64,000 nt of DNA, taken from contig JAVZCB010000003.1 of the NCBI GenBank assembly GCA_038874595.1, forward strand, positions 59,332 through 123,331. Reading direction: 5' to 3'. The DNA is from Candidatus Micrarchaeia archaeon. GTDB lineage: Archaea > Micrarchaeota > Micrarchaeia > CAILAH01. Below, piece after piece: positions 30,522 through 38,374 of the stretch. The notes under the pieces were generated by a model, which saw only the letters and a list, made by a program, of their open reading frames with translations, ran no database searches and had not been told where the DNA came from. How positions within the stretch are numbered: position 1 is the stretch's first letter; each line of letters opens with the position of its first letter. Both the position numbers and the translations under genes were made by a program.

Positions 30522-31262
30522 CTAGCGAACGGTTTCAAGGTAGCCCTCACGGACCATCTTATTGAGCACCTGCTCAACCCTGCTTTCGCTCAGTTTGTAA
30601 ATCTTGCAAAAATCGCCAATGTTTATTTCCCCACCGTGCTCACGAATCCAATCCTGTATTTTCAGCATGAGCGCATCATCAGAGAATTTCTCAAGCTCAT
30701 CGATCTTAAGCTTGAGCTCATTGCGTTCATCCCTTAGCTCGAGCAGGTCCTTGCTTAGCTTTTCATTGCTCTCTTTCAGCCTGGCATTGAGAAGCTGCTC
30801 TTCCTCAATCTTAGCTAGCAGCGCATCGTATTTCGTGTATAGTTTCTCATAATCCGAAGTGGCAAACTCCTTTATTTCAGCTAGGAATATATCAAGAACC
30901 TGCATATAGCTTCCAAGGTCTACCTCATATGCATCTTTAAGCAGGACTAGCACATTTGAAGTATACCTTAACAACTCAAGCTGTCTCTTACGCATGCTTG
31001 TTTCTGGGGTTATAGTGTATACCACTTCTATATTATCAGGATTGAGGTACATTATGCTGAATAGGTACGGCACACCATCTATGTCCCTGCTGTCAATCTT
31101 GATTATTGCGACACTATCCTTTATCTCGGCAACTTCAGCATCAGGAATACTGTCAACCATCCTTAGCAATTGGTCTTTTGGGACTTTACGTTTCGCACTA
31201 AACTTAAATGAGGCCCCCATCGGTTCAATCACGACATCTGGTTCTTTCTTGTCAGCTGACAT
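30522..31262 (-). CDS. Coiled-coil protein with C-terminal winged-helix domain
   Basis: Heptad region aa ~135-192; IQDWIREHGGEINIGDFCKIYKLSESRVEQVLNKMVREGYL. Confidence 0.7.
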   Translation of the reverse strand: MSADKKEPDVVIEPMGASFKFSAKRKVPKDQLLRMVDSIPDAEVAEIKDSVAIIKIDSRDIDGVPYLFSIMYLNPDNIEVVYTITPETSMRKRQLELLRYTSNVLVLLKDAYEVDLGSYMQVLDIFLAEIKEFATSDYEKLYTKYDALLAKIEEEQLLNARLKESNEKLSKDLLELRDERNELKLKIDELEKFSDDALMLKIQDWIREHGGEINIGDFCKIYKLSESRVEQVLNKMVREGYLETVR

Positions 31263-31264
31263 TA

Positions 31265-31717
31265 TTATATCCCCTCTGTCTTTGGTACATATCTCATATG
31301 TGCTATTGCCAAGAGAAATATGAGAAACAATAGGCCTGCAACAAGCGACCCAATTGATAAATTCATAACAAGGAGCAACATCGTCATGAATATACCAATC
31401 CCTCCGTATATTATGAGCGAGCGCTCAAAGCCACCGCGTTTTTTCAGGTGTTCTTCTATATGCTTTTCGCATACCACAAGGGGATTTCCCTGTTCTGTAT
31501 GCGTTTTTCTCTTAACCCATCTTATAGCGGCAATTACATAATCTTCCTTTATTGGGTAGCCGCTTACAAATTTTGGCTTTGTATCCTCTGCCTTGTCGCA
31601 GTATATGCACACCCCACGCGCCATGTGTGCCTTGTTATGCCTTTGCTGCTTTCTCTTACTCTCACTTTTTCCGCTTCCAAGAAATGATGCAAGAATCCCC
31701 TTCTGTTCTTTAGCCAC
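31265..31717 (-). CDS. Small membrane protein with putative Zn-binding motif
   Basis: CIYC...CEKH followed by two C-terminal TM helices. Confidence 0.65.
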   Translation of the reverse strand: MAKEQKGILASFLGSGKSESKRKQQRHNKAHMARGVCIYCDKAEDTKPKFVSGYPIKEDYVIAAIRWVKRKTHTEQGNPLVVCEKHIEEHLKKRGGFERSLIIYGGIGIFMTMLLLVMNLSIGSLVAGLLFLIFLLAIAHMRYVPKTEGI

Positions 31718-33278
31718 CTAATTCCACCTCCGTGCTTTCCCCTCTTATGCCAAGCTTCTTATAGTCTGCCTCTGAGAATATGTTGATTATTACACTGTCT
31801 TCCACGCCAAGGTCTTTTAGGAATGCAGTTATATCATTCCGGTCCACATCGTACCTTTCCATCATTATTACAAAATCAACAACATCCATATGCCTGTTGG
31901 ATTTGTCAAATAGCGAAGTGATTTCCTCAACTTTATCATCCGCCAGCCCGAACATCCTGAGCTTTTTGCGCAGCTCATCGCGCTCAAATGAAAGTGTCTT
32001 ACCCACAATATCACCTTCTCCAACCAATTTAGGCTTCACATCAAGGAAGTACTCAACAACCGGCTCCTCACCTTCTATTTTTGATAGCAGAAATGTCTCA
32101 GGGTAAGGTGTACTGGTCTGCAATGCCATGTTTACAGCTGCCTGCCCCACACCAAGCCTTGCGATTTGCTTTCGCATATAATCGCTGAAGTTTAGCGAGT
32201 TTTGGAGATAATCAAGGAATTTCTCAAACTTTACGCGCAGTATAAATGTCGTTCCCACATTAGAGAATATTGCCTCGCTTATATCAGTCGGGTTTTGTGA
32301 TGCAACCAGTAGTGCAAACTGGTATTTTCTACCCTCTCTCACTATCATTACGGCATCGCTATTTTCTTCCTTTGCAATCTTCCAAGCCTCATCAAGCACA
32401 ATAATAAGCTTGATACCCTTGCTTTTCTCCCAACCCACCAATCTCATTTTTTCTTTGATAAATTGCAGAACACTCAGTGCGGCTAGTGCACGCATCGTCT
32501 CATCTGGAAGCCCTGACAGGTCTAGGTCAACCATCCCGGAAGATATAAGCGCATCTAAATCTATAGTGCTGGGCTGTGCAAAGAAGTCTTCACCTTCACG
32601 AGTGAATTTCTTCAGCCTGTATATTGCATTCTCTAGCTCAACTGGGAATTCGTAAGTCCCCGCTGCCAGCTTCTCTTCAAGCACTTCAACAACGTTTTTC
32701 AGCGTGGGTGGCTGCATAATGTTTCCAAGCGCATCCTTCTGGTTGCGCTCAGACATCTTGAATCCCTTATTTATGTATGCCTTTTCGATGGCTTCCTCGG
32801 TTAATCTCTTCTGTTCCGGGTAATTGCCTATATCCGTTAATATCTCAAGGCTCCTTGAAATCTGCTTAACCCTATCAAGAGGCCTCATGCCTGCAAGGTC
32901 AAGCAGGTTGAGGTAGGACCCCTTACCGAGTGCAAGCACTTTGCCTCCGGCCTGCTTCACCCACTCCCTATACTCCCCTGCCCAGTCGATTATTAACGCG
33001 TTTGTGCCCCACACGAAAGAGGCCCGCGTGAGGAATGTTTTGATGAAATACGATTTACCGGCACCGGATATCCCAACCACGGCAATGTGCGGGTTGGTAA
33101 CGTTCGTATAGCTCCAGTGGAACGGCTCGTTAAACGTTGCAGTCCTCCCTATATATATTGAGTTTCCGGGGTCGCCTGTTACCAGCTCTGCTGGTGGTTC
33201 AGGAGGCCTGGTTATGATGCCCCTGCTTGCAATATCCGAGCTGTAAAGCTTTTTGTTTTTTACCTTGATTATTCCCAT
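31710..33278 (-). CDS. VirB4/HerA/FtsK-superfamily ATPase
   Basis: Walker A GISGAGKS, IIDWAGEY, Walker B IIVLDEAW, REGRKY..LLVASQNP; true start MGIIKVK at 33278. Confidence 0.88.
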   Translation of the reverse strand: MGIIKVKNKKLYSSDIASRGIITRPPEPPAELVTGDPGNSIYIGRTATFNEPFHWSYTNVTNPHIAVVGISGAGKSYFIKTFLTRASFVWGTNALIIDWAGEYREWVKQAGGKVLALGKGSYLNLLDLAGMRPLDRVKQISRSLEILTDIGNYPEQKRLTEEAIEKAYINKGFKMSERNQKDALGNIMQPPTLKNVVEVLEEKLAAGTYEFPVELENAIYRLKKFTREGEDFFAQPSTIDLDALISSGMVDLDLSGLPDETMRALAALSVLQFIKEKMRLVGWEKSKGIKLIIVLDEAWKIAKEENSDAVMIVREGRKYQFALLVASQNPTDISEAIFSNVGTTFILRVKFEKFLDYLQNSLNFSDYMRKQIARLGVGQAAVNMALQTSTPYPETFLLSKIEGEEPVVEYFLDVKPKLVGEGDIVGKTLSFERDELRKKLRMFGLADDKVEEITSLFDKSNRHMDVVDFVIMMERYDVDRNDITAFLKDLGVEDSVIINIFSEADYKKLGIRGESTEVELGG

Positions 33279-33282
33279 GGCA

Positions 33283-34083
33283 TCATCCCGTTTTTTCAAC
33301 AAGCTCGTTATAGCTCGTTGGGATAGCGTATTCCCATTCCAGGCACATCTCGGCATCCTCGCCAACCAAGTCAACAACCTCCGCGTTGAGGCTGTTTGAA
33401 AGAACAGCTTTAATCTCTTTTGACTGGCTGAGCGCCTTATCGCGTGCCTCATCCATAGTAATACCTTTTGCAACTGTCATAACATACATCACAGCAGCCA
33501 TCGGCTTGACACCACTTGCAAGCCTGCGTAGCAGATTCTCACCTATCTCTTTCTCTTTTTGCCATTTGTCTATTTTGATAACATCCGGTTCGGCTTTCTC
33601 CATTTCTCTTTTAATCCTTAGGCTTGCTTCATACACTTTTGCCTGTATGCTTTCCCTGTATGCAGCGATATCTTTAGATGAGAGAACAAGATTGAGTTTC
33701 ATTGGCGAATTTATCGCTCCGAGTGCAGTTTCAAAGTCGCGCAGGTAGACCTCTGCACGCTCTTCGGATTTGCCGGCAATTTCTTCACGCTCAGGTATGT
33801 TGACCAACATATACTTTGCAGCGATAAACTTGCTCCCAGCCCTTTTGATTATAACATCTTGCCCAGGTGGGAAGATATAGTCACCCTTTGTGTAAGTTAT
33901 CTTCATAATCTTAGTGAATATAGGAGTAAGGATGTAATCTGCGTATAAGTATGCACCTGCAATTATGGCTAGCAGCAATGCAATTATAAATAGTAGTAAC
34001 CCTCCTTGGAATGAAATAAACAGGCTTACAAGCACTACAAACGCCACACCAATAGTCATATACAATTTTGGTATTTTCGGCAT
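33283..34083 (-). CDS. Membrane protein with VirB3/VirB4-N-terminal-like domain
   Basis: Two N-terminal TMs and a cytoplasmic alpha/beta domain with coiled insert; paralog of 34090-34851. Confidence 0.6.
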   Translation of the reverse strand: MPKIPKLYMTIGVAFVVLVSLFISFQGGLLLFIIALLLAIIAGAYLYADYILTPIFTKIMKITYTKGDYIFPPGQDVIIKRAGSKFIAAKYMLVNIPEREEIAGKSEERAEVYLRDFETALGAINSPMKLNLVLSSKDIAAYRESIQAKVYEASLRIKREMEKAEPDVIKIDKWQKEKEIGENLLRRLASGVKPMAAVMYVMTVAKGITMDEARDKALSQSKEIKAVLSNSLNAEVVDLVGEDAEMCLEWEYAIPTSYNELVEKTG

Positions 34084-34089
34084 TAATTA

Positions 34090-34851
34090 TCACCATTCAG
34101 GAGTCATAAACTCCCAATCAAAGCAGGATTTCATCCTGTTATGTGTTAAGTCATCAACGCGGACCGACATGCCGCCACCAAATGTGGCCTTGATTTCACG
34201 TGCGCGTACCTTTGCAGCATTCACTGCGGCCTCTTTTGAAGCGCCCCTTGCGGAAGTTTGTAGAATATACATGATTGCACGCGGCCTGTTTTGTGATTTG
34301 TATAATGATTCAAGCATCCTATCCCACATCAGCCTTTTTCTTTCCAGGACCTCTACGACTCTCTCATCAACCTTTTTCTTTTGCCTTTCTGCTGCAATTT
34401 CACTCTCCACTTTGGCTTTTTCATCTTCGATTGCGCGCACGTACTTGCTGATGTCACGCTCATACAGCACCGTAGATATTTTAACAGGGTCCTTGATGCT
34501 AGATATCGTCCTTTCAAAATACTGTGCATAATCCTTAACTTCATCTTCACTCTTGTTTGTCATTGTTTCATAAACATCAACGCTCATAAACACGCTTGCA
34601 ATATACTCGTCACCTTCTTGTCGTATAACTGCATCCTCGCTCGCAGGTATCTCAACTCCATATTTGACACGTATATCTTTCTGGAACTTCGTAATAAAAG
34701 GAACGTATATGTTACCTCGCGAGTAAAATAACCATCCCATCATTGCAGCAATAATAGCAAGCAATGCAAATGGCTGGAACTGTGTAGCAAATATCATCAG
34801 GAATATTCCTGCTACCAGCGCTGCATATGCGAGCGTTTCATTTAGGTCCAT
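34090..34851 (-). CDS. Membrane protein with VirB3/VirB4-N-terminal-like domain
   Basis: Two N-terminal TMs; KSEDEVKDYAQYFERTISSIKDPVKI; ends CFDWEF like the paralog's CLEWEY. Confidence 0.6.
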   Translation of the reverse strand: MDLNETLAYAALVAGIFLMIFATQFQPFALLAIIAAMMGWLFYSRGNIYVPFITKFQKDIRVKYGVEIPASEDAVIRQEGDEYIASVFMSVDVYETMTNKSEDEVKDYAQYFERTISSIKDPVKISTVLYERDISKYVRAIEDEKAKVESEIAAERQKKKVDERVVEVLERKRLMWDRMLESLYKSQNRPRAIMYILQTSARGASKEAAVNAAKVRAREIKATFGGGMSVRVDDLTHNRMKSCFDWEFMTPEW

Positions 34852-34862
34852 TCATACCCTCC

Positions 34863-35204
34863 TTACAATTTTTCCTTGCAGTTGTACTGGTATGAATCTA
34901 TATCTTCACCCGCAGCGTTTGCAACAACGCTAACTATCCAGGGTGCACTGAACGCAATGATAAGCCCTAATATAGCGCCTATGGCAATCGTTGTAGCCCA
35001 TACATTCGTCCTTGACCTGAACTCTGCCCCAAGCACTTGCCCGCCGGCATAAATCAGCCCTGCAAATACCAGGAGTGTAAACGCAAGAAGTGGCATTACC
35101 GCTTTGATATCAACGCATATGTTGTTCAGCTCCTCCGGGAAGCCCGCAAACGCAAGGGCAAACCCAAGAACAAGTGCCGCAAGCATATACATAGCAAATC
35201 GCAC
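34863..35204 (-). CDS. VirB2/TrbC-like pilin
   Basis: 113 aa: signal peptide ending ALAFA, two hydrophobic helices separated by a short basic loop (EFRSRT), two Cys. Confidence 0.65.
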   Translation of the reverse strand: MRFAMYMLAALVLGFALAFAGFPEELNNICVDIKAVMPLLAFTLLVFAGLIYAGGQVLGAEFRSRTNVWATTIAIGAILGLIIAFSAPWIVSVVANAAGEDIDSYQYNCKEKL

Positions 35205-35261
35205 ATCATCACCTGTTTTTATATTCAGGAGTATATTTTAAAAACTTATATATAAAAAAAG

Positions 35262-35369
35262 CGCCCACGCTGGGATTTGAACCCAGATCAAAGGCTTGCT
35301 TCTTGAAAGCCAAACAGCGTGGCCTTTCAGCCGGAGGCCCTCATTCTATCCAAGTTAAACTACGTGGGC
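35262..35369 (-). tRNA. tRNA-Arg(CCG) with 34-nt intron at 37/38 (35330-35297)
   Basis: GCCCACG/CGTGGGC acceptor, AGGGC-CTCCGG|A-GCCTT anticodon arm, CTGGG-TTCAAAT-CCCAG. Confidence 0.9.
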
Positions 35370-35406
35370 ACGTATGCTTTACTTCTCATATGGCAGGATT
35401 AAGTAG

Positions 35407-35517
35407 CGGGCCCGACGGGATTTTTGGGCGCATAACAGCTGAAATGCAACTGCCACACAGAACCCGTGACCTTCGGATTAAAAGTCCGCCGCTCTGGCCA
35501 AGCTGAGCTACGGGCCC
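35407..35517 (-). tRNA. tRNA-Lys(UUU) with 36-nt T-loop intron at 56/57 (35459-35424)
   Basis: GGGCCCG/CGGGCCC acceptor, loop CTTTTAA; BHB helix GGGT/GCCC with a 12-bp intron stem. Confidence 0.9.
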
Positions 35518-35560
35518 AATTGCAGAGTTATTTATATGAGTTATCCTTATATAGTTAAAC

Positions 35561-36403
35561 ATGGCAGACCCGCAAACCCGCAAACCCAGCGAAATGGTAC
35601 ACAGGCCACTTTCTTCACGCAAATATGACTATGGCCATTTGTTAGTGGTTGGCGGGTCAAAATATTATGCAGGTGCCCCTTTACTGAACGCGCTTGCCGC
35701 ATACATTGCCGGTGTTGATGTAGTGACAATTGCGGCACCGCACCGTGCAGCAGATATTGCGGTGTCACACTCACCAGATATTATTGCATATCCGCTTTCA
35801 GGCGATGTGCTTGGTACAGAACACTTACAGGAAATTAATAGCATAATAAAGCGGAATGTTACAGCAGTGCTCATAGGCGGCGGTATGGGCCGTGAGAAAA
35901 AGTCGTTTGATTTTGTTGTTGAGCTGTACAATGCACATAAAAATCTCCCTTTCATATTCGATGCGGATGCATTACATTGTGCGAGTAGAGTAGATTTTTC
36001 ATCCAAGGATCTTCTAATCCCAAACATAAAAGAGTTTGGGCTCATCTCATCTAGTGATACACCTACACAGGTTTCAGTTAAGACAACAGCTTTCTCAATC
36101 AAGTCCAACCTTCTCGTTAAAGGCCCAGTTGATTACGTTTCAGATGGTAAGCGCGTTAAAGAAATAAAAGATGCTTCCGGCAAGGCAGTTTACCTTGCAA
36201 AAGGTGGCACGGGTGATATTCTTGCAGGCGTGTGCGCCTCTCTCATTGCGCAGGGTCTCACCCCTTTTGATGCGGCGTGTATAGGTGCAGCAGCTGTAAA
36301 GCATGCAGGTGCCGCTCTTGGGAAATTGCACGGGCCGTTTTACCTTCCCACAGATTTGTTACGCGTGCTCCCGGATTCTCTCGTGCACGAGCTTGGAAAA
36401 TAG
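35561..36403 (+). CDS. nnrD: ADP-dependent NAD(P)H-hydrate dehydratase
   Basis: KYDYGHLLVVGGSKYYAGAP, IGGGMGR, DADAL, KGPVD, GGTGDILAG. Confidence 0.9.
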   Translation: MADPQTRKPSEMVHRPLSSRKYDYGHLLVVGGSKYYAGAPLLNALAAYIAGVDVVTIAAPHRAADIAVSHSPDIIAYPLSGDVLGTEHLQEINSIIKRNVTAVLIGGGMGREKKSFDFVVELYNAHKNLPFIFDADALHCASRVDFSSKDLLIPNIKEFGLISSSDTPTQVSVKTTAFSIKSNLLVKGPVDYVSDGKRVKEIKDASGKAVYLAKGGTGDILAGVCASLIAQGLTPFDAACIGAAAVKHAGAALGKLHGPFYLPTDLLRVLPDSLVHELGK

Positions 36404-36451
36404 AAACATTTTTAAACCCTGACATTCCCAAAACGTTAGAGTTAGTTATAG

Positions 36452-38368
36452 ATGGGGGTAAAATGTATGACTCGTTCAATGAAAACACACGAGCTTAAAA
36501 TGGTTTCTGCAAACAGTGCATCAGGTAATGAGTTTGATACTCTGAAAGATGTAGTCGCCACGAAACGCAATGAATCGTGGGTGCGCAAGGTCCCACGTGT
36601 GATGCGCAACGCATTCTACGGCATTGCGATTGCAACGATGCTGTTTTTATCTTCTGAAGCGCGCGCCCAGGATATTCCGGATATACCAGGTGAACCTTCA
36701 GTTCCAGTATCACAACAACCACAACAGAAACAAGAGATGCCAGAAGCACCGTCGGCACCAATTGTGAGCGAGGCTCAACCGCCGGAACAGAAAGTGCAAG
36801 AAAGTGCGCCCAGTGTAAGTTTAAGTGAAGACCTAAAAAGTGCATATGTCTCATATAAGCGTGGCAAAATCAGTGAATCTGATTTAGGTGTTCTGCTCGC
36901 ACGTGAAGCTGCACGCATTGTGAAAGAGCAGAATCTTGAACCGAAGAAGTTTGCAGAGGTTCTATCAAATCTGAAGAAACAGCTTGAAAGCTGGTGCAAT
37001 TGTAATGATGAATGCAGCGGTGCACCCCAGAAAAAAGCGGTGACCGCAAATAAAAAAAGTGGCAAATCTAAAGGAAGTAGTGTCATCAAAAAAGATGGTA
37101 AAAAACGCAAGGCAAATGTTAGTGTTGAAGAGGTAAGCAAAGAGAAGTACGAGCGCAATATTTGTGACCTGGCAGGGAAGGAAGGGGTTCCTCTTGAGGG
37201 ATGCGGAGAGAATGCTGGTAAGAATGAGCCACAGGTTGTAATAATAAAGCGCACAGCTGAACCAAAGAAGGCAGGAGTGGACAAAGAACCAATCTCAACC
37301 GAATCAACCAATGAACCAAATGAAGAAGGTGCAAAGGTTATAGATGCAAATATGGTTGATACTGCCAATGATAATAGCGGAAAGAACGAGAGCCCTCTCA
37401 CTTCAAACGAATCTGTAAATAATGTGCCGCAATCGCAGTATTTTGAGCTGTCAATACCAATGTCAGGTGGGTACTCAAACGTTCTAAGTCCATACAGGGG
37501 TAATAATTACTTAAAGAGTATACGCGGCTCCACTCCTGTTGTGATGGGTGCACTGCTTGGTAATCCACACTTCGGCCTTTCAGTGATGGGCGGATATAAT
37601 GGCAATTACTATCTCTTTAACAGCTTTGATAGTACGGTATACACACGGCATTCATCGCTTGCGGGTGCAGGTATCCTGCTCAGATTTGATAATACAAGCC
37701 TTCACGCACTTCTAACGATGAATGGTTCTTTTGAGCAGGAAAACATGGGCCTTCTTTTGCTTACCAATAACCCGGTATTTAACCTGAGCCTTGCAACCCA
37801 GTTCTGGAGTGAAACACCAACCGAGTTTGCATTGAGGTACTGGAATCCAAATAGCCAATATCCACTGATTTTTGAGTCGAGCGGTTTGTTAAAGGAAGCG
37901 CAGGACACTTCGATAGGTGCTAAATATAGGATTAGTGATTGGGATGCATGGCTTCAGATCCCGCTAGCATATGGCAGTGATAGTGGGGTATACCCGAACC
38001 TTGTACTTGGAGGCAAGTATTACAAGATGAATGCCAACCCGAATGATAGGGAAATAATAGCAGGCAAGGTAGGTGGCTCAATAACCTATAAGTGGCTCAA
38101 CGTAGGTGCGGTATACATTCCGGCATATGCATCTTACACAAGGTTCTTGTTTGGCGAGGATGGGACATATGTTGACAAGAATGGTGTTGAGCATACCGGC
38201 CAACTTTGGGAGACCATCAAATATATCAGTGGTGCCGGCTTGTTTGTAAACGCTAAGATGCTTAGTGGTGATAATGATAGTTGGTACCTAGTAACACATC
38301 TTGATTACGAAAAGATAGGCACTAACTATTGGGTAAACGGATTGTTTACTCTTAATCTCAGGTGGTGA
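36452..38368 (+). CDS. Secreted protein with low-complexity N-terminal half and beta-barrel-like C-terminal domain
   Basis: Signal peptide ending EARA; about 300 aa of amphipathic strands; C-terminus GLFTLNLRW. Confidence 0.6.
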   Translation: MGVKCMTRSMKTHELKMVSANSASGNEFDTLKDVVATKRNESWVRKVPRVMRNAFYGIAIATMLFLSSEARAQDIPDIPGEPSVPVSQQPQQKQEMPEAPSAPIVSEAQPPEQKVQESAPSVSLSEDLKSAYVSYKRGKISESDLGVLLAREAARIVKEQNLEPKKFAEVLSNLKKQLESWCNCNDECSGAPQKKAVTANKKSGKSKGSSVIKKDGKKRKANVSVEEVSKEKYERNICDLAGKEGVPLEGCGENAGKNEPQVVIIKRTAEPKKAGVDKEPISTESTNEPNEEGAKVIDANMVDTANDNSGKNESPLTSNESVNNVPQSQYFELSIPMSGGYSNVLSPYRGNNYLKSIRGSTPVVMGALLGNPHFGLSVMGGYNGNYYLFNSFDSTVYTRHSSLAGAGILLRFDNTSLHALLTMNGSFEQENMGLLLLTNNPVFNLSLATQFWSETPTEFALRYWNPNSQYPLIFESSGLLKEAQDTSIGAKYRISDWDAWLQIPLAYGSDSGVYPNLVLGGKYYKMNANPNDREIIAGKVGGSITYKWLNVGAVYIPAYASYTRFLFGEDGTYVDKNGVEHTGQLWETIKYISGAGLFVNAKMLSGDNDSWYLVTHLDYEKIGTNYWVNGLFTLNLRW

Positions 38369-38374
38369 GCGTAA

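Noticed and set aside
33279-33473. 65-aa N-terminal extension of the ATPase ORF
   Set aside because: It overlaps the upstream gene in another frame. The ATG at 33278 follows that gene's stop.
27880-35290. Integrative element inserted at the tRNA-Arg 3' end carrying the T4SS-like genes
   Set aside because: No duplicated tRNA 3' end, integrase or relaxase seen in the window, and composition resembles neighbouring core genes.
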